A stretch of DNA of 64,000 nucleotides from Trypanosoma brucei (lineage: Eukaryota): assembly GCA_000002445.1 (NCBI GenBank), contig CH464491.1, positions 1,312,001 to 1,376,000 on the forward strand. Direction: 5' to 3'. The position numbers and the translations under genes were made by a program. Shown one piece after another: positions 28,278 to 39,100 of this stretch. The notes below the pieces were generated by a model that worked only from the letters and a program-made list of their open reading frames with translations, was not told the origin of the DNA and did no database searches. The stretch's first letter is position 1. Each line of letters begins with the position of its first letter.

Positions 28278-29591
28278 ATGAATCGCATACTGTTTGCACT
28301 TGCCATCATCTTTTATTTACCGATTCCCCTCAGCGTCATCAAGGGGAGCTGTAAAGAAATTCCGACCCACCAGCAGCCACAGGCCCCTTACATACCAAAT
28401 ATTCAAAAGCAAACAAAAGAGGTATTGACACCATCGCAACAAGAAGATAAACAGAATTTTTCTCCAACGCTCCACAAAATAGAAAGTGCGCGGCAGTTCC
28501 ACTACGACGACTCAACAAATATCGACGGAAACAAAAGCATTCAGCATCAAACCGCAGTAACAGACGTCAATGACAATAACAGTGCCAACACTTCCAATGA
28601 GGATGAAGAGGAAGATGAAGATGAAGATGATACCGCAGTAACAGACGTCAATGACAATAACAGTGCCAACACTTCCAATGAGGATGAAGAGGAAGATGAA
28701 GATGAAGATGATACCGCAGTAACAGACGTCAATGACAATAACAGTGCCAACACTTCCAATGAGGATGAAGGGGAAGATGAAGATGAAGATGATACCGCAG
28801 TAACAGACGTCAATGACAATAACAGTGCCAACACTTCCAATGAGGATGAAGAGGAAGATGAAGATGAAGATGATACCGCAGTAACAGACGTCAATGACAA
28901 TAACAGTGCCAACACTTCCAATGAGGATGAAGAGGAAGATGAAGATGAAGATGATACCGCAGTAACAGACGTCAATGACAATAACAGTGCCAACACTTCC
29001 AATGAGGATGAAGAGGAAGATGAAGATGAAGATGATACCGCAGTAACAGACGTCAATGACAATAACAGTGCCAACACTTCCAATGAGGATGAAGGGGAAG
29101 ATGAAGATGAAGATGATACCGCAGTAACAGACGTCAATGACAATAACAGTGCCAACACTTCCAATGAGGATGAAGAGGAAGATGAGGATGAAGATGATAC
29201 CGCAGTAACAGACGTCAATGACAATAACAGTGCCAACACTTCCAATGAGGATGAAGAGGAAGATGAGGATGAAGATGATACCGCAGTAACAGACGTCAAT
29301 GACAATAACAGTGCCAACACTTCCAATGAGGATGAAGAGGAAGATGAGGATGAAGATGATACCGCAGTAACAGACGTCAATGACAATAACAGTGCCAACA
29401 CTTCCAATGAGGATGAAGGGAAAGAGGAACTGGAGTTTACCATTGCTCCTTCTCCTGTTTTTTTACCTCCTCCACCGGTAAGTGATGAAAATTCCACTCT
29501 TCTGGATGGGAATGATCTCTCCGTTGACAGGGGTAATTATTGTTCATTGCTATTTTCCTTCGTGTTTGTGTTTCTTACCTTTGTCGTCTAA
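28278..29591 (+). CDS. Secreted/GPI-type acidic tandem-repeat protein: 10.5 copies of the 27-aa unit TAVTDVNDNNSANTSNEDEEEDEDEDD
   Basis: ATG start. The N-terminal hydrophobic signal peptide is MNRILFALAIIFYLPIPLSVIKGSC. The central part is a perfect-to-near-perfect 81-bp tandem array. The C-terminal hydrophobic tail LLFSFVFVFLTFVV is typical of a GPI-anchor signal. Confidence 0.7.
   Translation: MNRILFALAIIFYLPIPLSVIKGSCKEIPTHQQPQAPYIPNIQKQTKEVLTPSQQEDKQNFSPTLHKIESARQFHYDDSTNIDGNKSIQHQTAVTDVNDNNSANTSNEDEEEDEDEDDTAVTDVNDNNSANTSNEDEEEDEDEDDTAVTDVNDNNSANTSNEDEGEDEDEDDTAVTDVNDNNSANTSNEDEEEDEDEDDTAVTDVNDNNSANTSNEDEEEDEDEDDTAVTDVNDNNSANTSNEDEEEDEDEDDTAVTDVNDNNSANTSNEDEGEDEDEDDTAVTDVNDNNSANTSNEDEEEDEDEDDTAVTDVNDNNSANTSNEDEEEDEDEDDTAVTDVNDNNSANTSNEDEEEDEDEDDTAVTDVNDNNSANTSNEDEGKEELEFTIAPSPVFLPPPPVSDENSTLLDGNDLSVDRGNYCSLLFSFVFVFLTFVV
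28551..29419 (+). repeat. 81-bp tandem repeat, 10 full copies plus one partial copy (coding repeats of the acidic protein)
   Basis: The unit accgcagtaacagacgtcaatgacaataacagtgccaacacttccaatgaggatgaagaggaagatgaagatgaagatgat recurs head-to-tail. Only a->g (E/G) and gaagat/gaggat variants distinguish copies. Confidence 0.95.
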
Positions 29592-29697
29592 CGTTTTATT
29601 TTGCTTTCTTAAACCTTAAATATACTTTTCGATTGTAGTTTTAGTGTTGTTTGGTTATATTCTTTTACATAAAAGATTTTGTTCATTTTATTTTTCA

Positions 29698-30023
29698 CCT
29701 TAGCAGTGAATCTACGAAGTCCTCTTTCGCACATTCCACTGATGTGAACCACACCCTCTCGCACATAATTAGTTATTGATTTAATACTGCATATAAATCT
29801 ATTTTATATTTTTTAAATATTTACTGATGCTTTCTACCAGCCTTGAGGCGCATGCAGTCGCCCAAAAATAAGTGGACATCGCAGTAGATTTATTGTGGAG
29901 TGATATCAATAAGCTTGCGCGTGTGTATATGAGACCCGTTTCCTCTCTTCTTTTTAGTGGTGCTCCTATTTTCCTTGTTTTGGTGTTTGTTTTTTCGTGT
30001 GTGTGTGTGTGATGCTGTTGCAT
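29698..30023 (+). repeat. Copy 1 of a ~330-bp low-copy direct repeat (contains a (GT)n microsatellite)
   Basis: Near-identical to 31445..31784. It begins ccttagcagtgaatctacgaagtcctctttcgcacattccactgatgtgaaccacaccctctcgcacataattagttattg and ends ...gtgtgtgtgatgctgttgcat. Confidence 0.9.
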
Positions 30024-30240
30024 GTACGACGCCGCATATTATCCGTATTTTTTAGTTCGGTTTTTGCTCCTGTAGTTTTAATGGTATCGTAACGCTCTGT
30101 ATACATATTCCAAGTTATTCATGCTTATTAATTAAATTGTGTATCGTTTCTTTTTTTTAAAAAAAACCCTTTGTTCTTCTTGACGTTAGGCATATTATTG
30201 TTATAGTAGGGTATAGCCTTTACATTTTCGTCGTGTTAAA

Positions 30241-31059
30241 ATGTTTATCAGTGGGCTGTTCGTGTTGGCCGTGGCTCTGTGCTGCACGAACCCCACAGAT
30301 GGTTGCGACAGCAACTTCACATTGGCTCAAGTGCTGACGCTGTGTCAAATAACAGAACAGCTGAGGGGACTGAAGGAAGTTGTTATGAAAATTGGACCGC
30401 GAGCTGTTGAGGAAGCATTGTTTACTTTGAAGGCGAAGAAACGTAGTGAAGTATCTTTGAGGCGGGCAGAGGAGGCGGCGGAACGGGACCGCAACGCAGG
30501 TTTTGCGGCGGAACGGGCAAGGCTGGCGTATGATAGCGTTTGTGAGGCCGTTGAGTTTGCTGAGTATGCGGCGACAAGCATCGAGGGACGAGCGAGTTCC
30601 CTCCTAGTTATTCAGGAATATTATGTGCCATTCCTGGAAGATGTGATGCTCAGGGTTGGGACGGATGCGGAAGCTGCGGAAGCCCAAGAAGCCGCCATGT
30701 CATGTCTACAAACAAAAAGAAGTGTTTCACCAACGTCACTAAGTGAAGCGGCCTTGGAACTCCGGGTGAGATTAGGGGTCAGAAACTTTAGAGCGTTGAG
30801 GCGCGATCTCCACCGAGCGGCGTTTTGTCTCTATTCGTTGAAAAAGACGGCCGCGAAGATTGCGCTGGCCAGAAGTTCAGTAGAGGAAATAGAGTACCTC
30901 ATAAACGAAGCAGCAAATGAAGCAGAGTGCGTGTCTCCCCCCAAGGGAGGCATACAGGGACAGTTGCCATCGGATGAAAGTGATTCTTCAAATTTGGTCA
31001 CTGTGATTTCGGCCGTCCCGATATGTTGGTTATTGGCCACCATTACGCGTGTTTTGTAA
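30241..31059 (+). CDS. Ala/Glu-rich putative GPI-anchored surface protein (272 aa); GARP/BARP-like composition
   Basis: ATG start. Cleavable signal peptide MFISGLFVLAVALCCTNPTDGCDS. The mature region is Ala/Glu/Arg-rich and helical (RRAEEAAERDRNAGFAAERARLAYDSVCEAVEFAEYAATSIEG). The C-terminal hydrophobic tail AVPICWLLATITRVL is GPI-signal-like. Confidence 0.6.
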   Translation: MFISGLFVLAVALCCTNPTDGCDSNFTLAQVLTLCQITEQLRGLKEVVMKIGPRAVEEALFTLKAKKRSEVSLRRAEEAAERDRNAGFAAERARLAYDSVCEAVEFAEYAATSIEGRASSLLVIQEYYVPFLEDVMLRVGTDAEAAEAQEAAMSCLQTKRSVSPTSLSEAALELRVRLGVRNFRALRRDLHRAAFCLYSLKKTAAKIALARSSVEEIEYLINEAANEAECVSPPKGGIQGQLPSDESDSSNLVTVISAVPICWLLATITRVL

Positions 31060-31444
31060 CGATATGCCCTCACACGCATGCAGAGGGAATAAATCTGCAG
31101 GCGTAGCACCGTCCATGGTGCAGCGACTTGAGTATAAATGAAGTATGAGCGTGTTGTTTTACGTGCGTAACTTTATGTGAAAAATGTGCACGTGGGGCTG
31201 AGGCATGAATGCACGCATGTTTGCCTCGCGTTCACGCAGTAATGATAGTTTTCGACGTGTGTTGACGACACATTGCCCCTTACCTCCTTTTTTATTTTTT
31301 ATTTCACTTGTTAGCGTCATTACATTCGCAAAAACAGATGTGCAAAGTGTTTTTCATGTAAAATCTGTCTGCCTCCCCTTTACTGCCGTAGATACTGCAC
31401 GCTGTGCAATCGTGTTAACACGTGTATGTTCATTTAATTGCTCC

Positions 31445-31784
31445 CCTTAGCAGTGAATCTACGAAGTCCTCTTTCGCACATTCCACTGATGTGAACCACA
31501 CCCTCTCGCACATAATTAGTTATTGATTTAATACTGCATATAAATCTATTTTATATATATTTTAAATATTTACTGATGCTTTCTACCAGCCTTGAGGCGC
31601 ATGCAGTCGCCCAAAAATAAGTGGACATCGCAGTAGATTTATTGTGGAGTGATATCAATAAGCTTGCGCGTGTGTATATGAGACCCGTTTCCTCTCTTCT
31701 TTTTAGTGGTGCTCCTATTTTCCTTGTTTTGGTGTTTGTTTCTTCGTGTGTGTGTGTGTGTGTGTGTGTGTGATGCTGTTGCAT
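31445..31784 (+). repeat. Copy 2 of the ~330-bp direct repeat (longer (GT)n)
   Basis: Aligns base-for-base with 29698..30023 apart from tatattttt/tatatatattt, ttttt/tttct and the (GT) tract length. Sequences diverge immediately after gatgctgttgcat. Confidence 0.9.
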
Positions 31785-33036
31785 TTACTTGTGCCACCAC
31801 AAACTCCCCAGGCTTTTTTAACACTTATTTATTATAACTGTACCGTAAGGAAGGGGATATGGGCCCGCTGTGAAGCTGGTGCAAATGAGTTGGTTGGAAT
31901 GTAACAACGGATGGTCGGGGGAGGGGGCATATTGGATCCCTTCCTGGTCATCGCCAGCACAAACATCCGCCGAAACACCGCGGAAGAGCCATTGCTGAGG
32001 TAAATTAATCGGCGTGAGAAATGTCGTGGCTGCCAATGGGGCTCCATTGGTTTAAGAAGAAAAAAGAAAACACGGAGCGTCAGCTTCACAGAGCACTGTA
32101 AACAAACGCCTTAACCACCACCGGATCCCATGTTACGCTGCATCCATGCATTCTCAAGTGCTGGATGCGTTTGCGTTTGTATTTGTATGTGTGCGCTTCT
32201 CCTTGAAACAGTAAATATTTTACGCATTACATTTGACATTACGCATATTCCCTTTTCATATTCATTGAAAAAAGTGATGACAATATCTTTTATGCAAATA
32301 ATAATGAAATTCCACAACTATCGCTACCGCTTCAGTATTTTTCTTTCTCGTAACTGTTTCAACCTATTTTGTCATTGTATCCAAAAATATACATCACACG
32401 ATTCAGTACCACATCTTACAACATTTAATAGCATCTTCCTGCTTCCGGTTGCCGTTGTTCCCATTCACATTAATTTTATTCACAAACACTTACAAGCACC
32501 TTAACTTCTCTGTTGAAACATTCCCAATACAAAATGTTGTTTCCTTTTCATAAAAATAAAAATTATCAAGGGAAAACATAATAAGGGGTTAAAGTTATGA
32601 AATCAACTATTAATATATGATATAAACGATGGCTCAGTGTTTCCATCAACACGCGTATTCCTGCGACAAATGCTTTCCATATGTAATGTTAATCATCCTG
32701 AGCTTAATAATGGCAAAAAAAATAAATAAAATTAATCAATTCTGGCACAATGGTACGCACTCATTAGTTGTTTATGCTGATTGCACCTCAACTTTGATTC
32801 GGAGTGCACAACTCCATTGGCGTCAGGTTGGGCTGAAAGGACATTTACGACAACTTTTCCTTTCCGTATATTCCGTAACCTCTGTTTTATCATTATTATT
32901 CGTTATTCGTCACTTCTCTTGCCTCGTGCGCAGCTGGTGGAGGTGTGGCACCATTCAGCTCCGCAAAACGTGCAACAGTTAATGCCTTAACAATATTAAC
33001 GTCAAATTTGACGAGGTATTGTTTGACATCATTTTT

Positions 33037-35340
33037 CTAAAACACTTCAACATGCCTGTGGTTTTCATCATCTGCTTTACCATCTGTGAGATCACATCGC
33101 TGCTTGACTCTCATTGGAGTGGCGTCAGGGTGCTGAACATAAATCATTTCCCATCGATACTTCCCCATAACTGCTTTCCAATATTCATCACTTGGATTAG
33201 TGGTTGGATTTAAAAGTTTCTTCAGCATGCCAAGGAATGTTCCTGTCTTCGTATCATGCGATTCAGCAGTTGTGTACTGCAACATCACTATTGTCTTTTG
33301 TTTTCTCTGTTGTTTTTTATCCTCAGCAATTGCATCAGGGTCAACAACAAAGAAGGCATCCAAAACAGGGAAGTTAGGAAGCGCCTAGTATGCCTGAAAG
33401 AGACTTGGGGAACGTGTTATCATGCCACAACCGTCTGTAAAATCGGCAGCGTTGCCAAAGTTCAGGTATCTCTTCTGTACATGCCTCAAGACAGTGATAT
33501 TCTGCGCAACTTCCTGTTCCTCTACTCCCCTTTCGGGAAGTGGCTTGGTCATTTCGGTGATCGTACTCAACACTTTGGGAAATCCAAGTGCTTTTATAGC
33601 ATTGTACTCAAATAAAGCTGGAATTATCTCACGGGTAGGAATAAGCCCCGCCAACTGAGCTAAATTTTGAGCGGTTATTTCAGTTTCTCAATTATTCTCT
33701 TCTTTATGGATTCAGAGTGAGGTACGCATATGTATATCTCACCATTGTTTCTCCCACAGGCACGAACAATCTTCACGAGTTTGTGAGACGCGTCACTTTC
33801 CTTCCATTCGCCTTTGTTACCCACCACGCCAATATAGAGTTCACGTCGCTCATGGGATTTGATGGAATTTATTTCTTTGTCTATGTCGACCTCACGCGTG
33901 ACATACTTTGCTTCATCAAACACATAACGAAGTGAAGGTCCGACAAACTCCACACGGCTCTCATGCATCTCCCACTTTTCCCTCAACCCGACAGGTGTGG
34001 CTCCAGGATACAGCATGGGTCCAATACGTGAGAAGAAAGCCCGCATTTCAGTCATTTCCCAGCAGTTAACAAAGATACGTGTACATCTTTCCCTTTGCTG
34101 GAACCAGCTGTCAAAATTTCTCAAATTGGGTGAACTGATCAAAATGCTTCCCCATTTTGGAGCCACATCTGCCGGTGGCTGCTCGCCTTTGTTGACGAAG
34201 TCATAAATAACATAACCACGTGTATTAGATGATATAACCTTCATAAACGTTATAGCCGCTTCTTTACTGTACTCCCTAACTCTGCCAACGCCACCACCAC
34301 CAGATTTCTCAAATATATATGCGGCTACACCACGGAAGTACGCAACAACAGGCAACTCTTCCGCATCATAATGCAGTAAGTTGTAGAGTATGAAAGAACC
34401 CAAATTCTGAGATTTACCAATCCCAGGATTACCAATGGCAACGTATGATCGTGGAAAATAAAGACATCCCGGTAAAGCACGCTGTGTACGCCATAATTCA
34501 ACTCCACTCCTTACAACTTTCCATACGCGGAGCTCTTCTCTACGGGTGAATATTCTTTTGTTACTTCCGTCGGTAAACTTGGCTTATTATCACCCCATTT
34601 GAGATGTTAGAACCATTGCTTCAACTTCTTCCCTGCGTTCTGGTTTCTTCTCAACAGCTTCCTCAATTTCAGGGACAACATTAAGTTCTTCATCCTTCCA
34701 CATTACATTGCCACCACGCGTTCCATCAACAAACTCCATCCCGAGCAGTTGAGTTCCATTGTCAATTTCAATATGACTCCATTTCGCATTATAAACAGAG
34801 TCGTAAACTCCTGGAAGGTCAGCACCGTCAGCTAGTTAAATATATCGTTCCCCCGCCTTCCTGGCAATGCACCGTACCGTGTCCAACCTTGATGTCGCTG
34901 CGGAGCCAACTTGTTTCCTCATTTGGGCAGTTGCCTTCTCGCCCCACTGCCGCAGGGAGTAAATTCCATTACCGTTTAGATAGTTTATCCAACCTTGTAT
35001 TTCAGGCAACTGCTCACATATCCTTTATCGCTTAAACTGGAGGAGATTCTCTATGTCTTCAAGTAACTCGGCATCCCTAGTGTACCTTCCTGGGTTGGTA
35101 ACACACAAACTCATTGCTACATTCTTCATGTTGTTCGTGTTCAGAAAGAATTGCATCAGAAATTCGTGCAGGCTCATTTTAGCCAACGCCGCATAGTCTT
35201 CCAGAAGCACATCCTCAACCCTACTTTCCATCGTCCAGTTGGTGTCCCCTTCATTTCTCCACCACTTCTTTCTTTTTTTTCCTTGTACGGTCCCTTGGTC
35301 GTCCTTCCGAATTCACCCCACTTACGTTTCGTTCATACAT
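33037..35340 (-). pseudogene. RHS: Retrotransposon hot spot (RHS)-like pseudogene, fragmented by frameshifts/stops
   Basis: A series of minus-strand ORF fragments with coding character sits in different frames (35025..35231, 33675..34403, 33385..33654, 33037..33363). Walker-A P-loop reads AIGNPGIGKSQNLGSFIL across 34390-34450. The N-terminal basic stretch followed by NWTMESRVEDVLLEDYAALA resembles the RHS N-terminus as I recall it. It sits next to an ingi/L1Tc element. Confidence 0.55.
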
Positions 35341-36148
35341 GAAAAAGAGGTATCCGACACTGGCGGTTCAGGTTATCCATTGTGCTTTTCCACTAAATTA
35401 CACAGGATAAGATAGGGTGATGGTACATATTTGCTGAAGTGTAGTGATATCCATGCGCACACCCCGCGCTATCTTTGCAGGGGGTGCATCATATTCGGGC
35501 TTCGCCGCTCAGTGCAGGCACTTGGTGCCGTGGCCAGTTTTTGGTTGACCCGAAAATGGTTGTTGATGCAGCGCCGCATTAAAGTTTCTCCTTTGCTATG
35601 TGGCTGGATGGTGCGGCATCAGGAAAGCGTGCGGGCACGAGCGCCAGCACCAATGAGTTACGCAAGTCAGGTTACGCGCACTGGCTTATTTACCCCTAGC
35701 ATAAAAGTGTGGCGTGACAGAGTTACTAGTGAAAGCGACGATTTGCACCATATCTTGTAAATAGGCGATGGCCTGCGTATCTCAGAGGTGTGAAATGACT
35801 TCTATTCATGGATGTGCTGGTGGCCGCAAGCGTTGAAGCAACCTACTTCTACAGCTCTCATTCTTGTCCTACTCAAAAGACAGGACACCATCCGCTCATC
35901 GTCGAAGGCGTGGTGGAGTACGTCGCTTCCCTCGATCGTTTGTTCTTCGGTGGTGCCAGGGTCCAGTACCCCGTATCATCGGGGGAAGCCAAGAGCTACC
36001 AGTGTTACTCTCTTTTGGAACACTGCTTTGCTTAGACTACGGCATCGTACAGCACAGGGATCAGCAGCGTCTTGCTGGGACACCGTTTTTCGTTTGTCGG
36101 TCCCTGGGCACGTGCCAGCGTGCCATCAGCAGTATCATCCGCACTAAG

Positions 36149-39100
36149 ATGCTGCTGTCCGGTGATGTGGAAGAGAATCCCGGCCCATCATTGCGCGGGG
36201 TGCAGTGGAACTCCGCCGGGCTATCTCAAGGAAAGAGATTAGCACTCCACAAAACCCTTGTTGATGAGCGGATCGCCTTTTGTCTGTTGAGCGAGACAAG
36301 GATGAAACCTGGAGAGGCGGCTTGCTTTAGCGTTGCTGGCTACCAACATTACGGAATAGCTCGTAACTGCAAAGGAGGTCGTGTATCAATACTAGTGAGG
36401 GCGGACCTGCCAGTCGAGACCGGTATGGCCGTTGTTGGTCGCATTGAACAAGTGCATGCAACAATTCACCTTGCACGTGGAGCAGCGCTGACTGTCACGT
36501 CGGCATACATCCCACCAAAACACACCTTCACGGCAACTGACCTAGATACGCTTCTGACGACTGACGGTGCCCAGATCATCGGTGCAGACGCTAACGCACA
36601 CGCGTTGGCATGGGATCGCGCGAGCCCACCAAATACCAAGGGTGAAACCCTCACACAGTGGTGCATTGACAACCAGTTTCTGGTCTGCAACACTGGTGAG
36701 TGCACCAGGTACGCGCGCCACCAAGGGAAGTCCACCCCTGATGTGACACTGTCAAGGAATTGCACAGTGTACACGTGGACATCGCTGTATTCTCCCGATA
36801 GCGATCACCATCACATATTTTTCGACGTTATGGTTGGAGACGACACAGATGCACTGAGTTGCCCGCGGCTTCGAAAGCCCATGTGCGCATGGCTAAAAGC
36901 TGACTGGAGGAATTTCCGTCTCAAGGTTGACGAGTTCTGCAGGAAAATTGGTAGAGAGAAGAACGTCAACACCCTGGAACAGAAATTGAGCTCCGCCATC
37001 CGCATTGCGATGAAGGTCTCCGTCCCCCGTGGCTGCAGAGCAACGCCACCACATTGGACACCTGAGCTCGCGAAACTCGATGAAGAGATCACTGGATGCG
37101 GACCCTCCCACCGAAGGGAAAAGTTGGTAGCCACGCGTAAGCAGATCCTGGACCGTACCACAAAGAAGAGATGGAGCACACTATGCTCCAGACTTGCGGT
37201 GTCAGACCGCTGCAGTTGGCACATTGTCAAGAAGGTATATGCGCCACGACCACTAACCACACAGGCTGTACTTGTAGATAACGCGGCCATCACGGACTAC
37301 CGTCGAGCTGAGAGGTTCAATAAACTGTACTCGTCCCGCGCAAGAAGGCACCCCGACTCACACCCACCGGCACCAATAAAGACGATAGCGAGTGAGTTCA
37401 GTCCAATCACGATGGCTGAACTACGGAGATCGATCAAACTGCTACCGTGTGGATCCGCAGCCGGACCTGATTGCTTATACAACGAGGCGCTACAACATCT
37501 CGGTATAACAGCGCTGAATGTTGTTCTGAGGCTATTCAATGAGAGCCTACGAACGGGAGTCGTGCCACCTGCATGGAAGACTGGTGTTATCATCCCCATC
37601 CTGAAGGCCGGAAAAAAGGAGGAGGACCTCGATTCTTACAGGCCTGTGACGCCCACGAGCTGTCTCTGCAAAGTCATGGAACGCATAATTGCCGCAAGGT
37701 TTAGAGACACTGTTGAGTCCCAGCTGACGCCGCAGAAATCAGGCTTTCGCCCCGGATGCTCAACGCTCGAACAGCTGCTGCACGTCCGCGCTGCCCTCTG
37801 CCGTCCCACGCACCAATCACGTACGGGTGTTGTATTCGTCGACTACGAGAAGGCATTCGTTACTGTAGACCACGACAAAATTGCGAGGGAAATGCACAGA
37901 ATGAAGGTATCACCCCACATTGTGAAGTGGTGCGTATCATTTCTGAGTAACCGAACTGGCAGAGTGAGATTCAAGGAGAAGCTTTCCAGAAGCAGAACAT
38001 TTGAGCGAAGAGTGCCACAGGGAACTGCCCTTGGCCCAATCATGTTCATTATTGTCATGAACTCGTTGAGCCAGCGCCTTGCAGAAGTGCCGTTACTGCA
38101 GCACGGATTCTTTGCAGACGACCTAACGCTACTTGCGAGCCACACAGAGAGGGATGTCATCAACCACACACTACAATGCGGCCTAAACGTGGTGTTACAG
38201 TTGTCAAAAGACTACTTCATGTCTGTCAACGTAGCGAAAACAAAGTGCACACTCTTCGGGTGTATAGAGCGCCACCCCCTTACATTACAACTGGACGGCG
38301 AAAGAATAGGAGCTGACAGAACACCGAAGCTTTTAGGAGTAACATTCCAGTGTCTGCAAGGGATGGCAACACATGCGGCCGAAACGAGACGCAAGATGGA
38401 CTTCAGACTACTGCAGATAGCAGCCATCTCAGCTTCTACATGGGTACCAAGACGACAAGTGCTGAGAACTTTTTATCTAGCGCTCGTACAGGCACACACC
38501 ATGTATGGCATTGAGGTATGGTACTGGGACGCTTCGGAACGAAGTCGCGACCTCCTTGCATCAGCACAACACAAAGCCAGTCGCATCATAGCCGGCATAC
38601 CGCATGGGACGCGCAAAGAGGACTCTCTGCTGGAAGCAAACCTCCTGCCACTCAAGACGACCACTCTTGTGCGCAGCATGAAATTCATGCTGATGTGTGA
38701 GTCACGAGGCGGATGTTTGCGGCGCAGTGCTGAGGAAGTATACCACAGCAAACACCCAGTCAGAGTCTTACATTCCCGCATCATGCGGTCTTATCCCCAC
38801 CTCCGCATTGAGCCACGCGAGCACCCACTAGAGACATCGACGCTCCGCCACAGCTGCCGACCGCTATTTCACACGCAGATAAAGCCTGTGTGCGCTGATG
38901 ACCCTGACGATGTCAAAAGGGAGGCTTCCGAAAAGTGGATTGAACGGCATTTTGTACGGAGGGGGAAGGAGCTACCGCGGCGAGAGCACTACGAATTGTG
39001 GACTGATGGATCCGTGTCCCTCGGTGAGAAGTCCGGAGCAGCTGCCCTGCTCTATAGAAACAACACGCTGATTTGCGCACCCAAAACTGGAGCAGGGGAA

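Noticed and set aside
28547-29497. 316-aa minus-strand ORF encoding poly-Ser repeats (SSSSSSSSSLEVLALLLSLTSVTAV)n
   Set aside because: It is the reverse complement of the GAA/GAT-rich acidic repeat array. An open frame is expected by chance in such low-complexity sequence. The + strand ORF has a signal peptide, GPI tail and the correct orientation for the transcription unit.
29799-31784. Two near-identical 74-77-aa minus-strand ORFs (29799..30023 and 31551..31784)
   Set aside because: Both fall entirely within the two copies of the ~330-bp direct repeat and include the (GT)n tract. They are a by-product of the repeat, not paralogous genes.
31800-33000. Possible second degenerate retroelement or RHS 3' end in the AT-rich ORF-free block
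   Set aside because: Only short low-complexity ORFs are present and I could not recognise any RT, RHS or Pr77-like motif by eye. It is left as unexplained AT-rich spacer within the accessory island.
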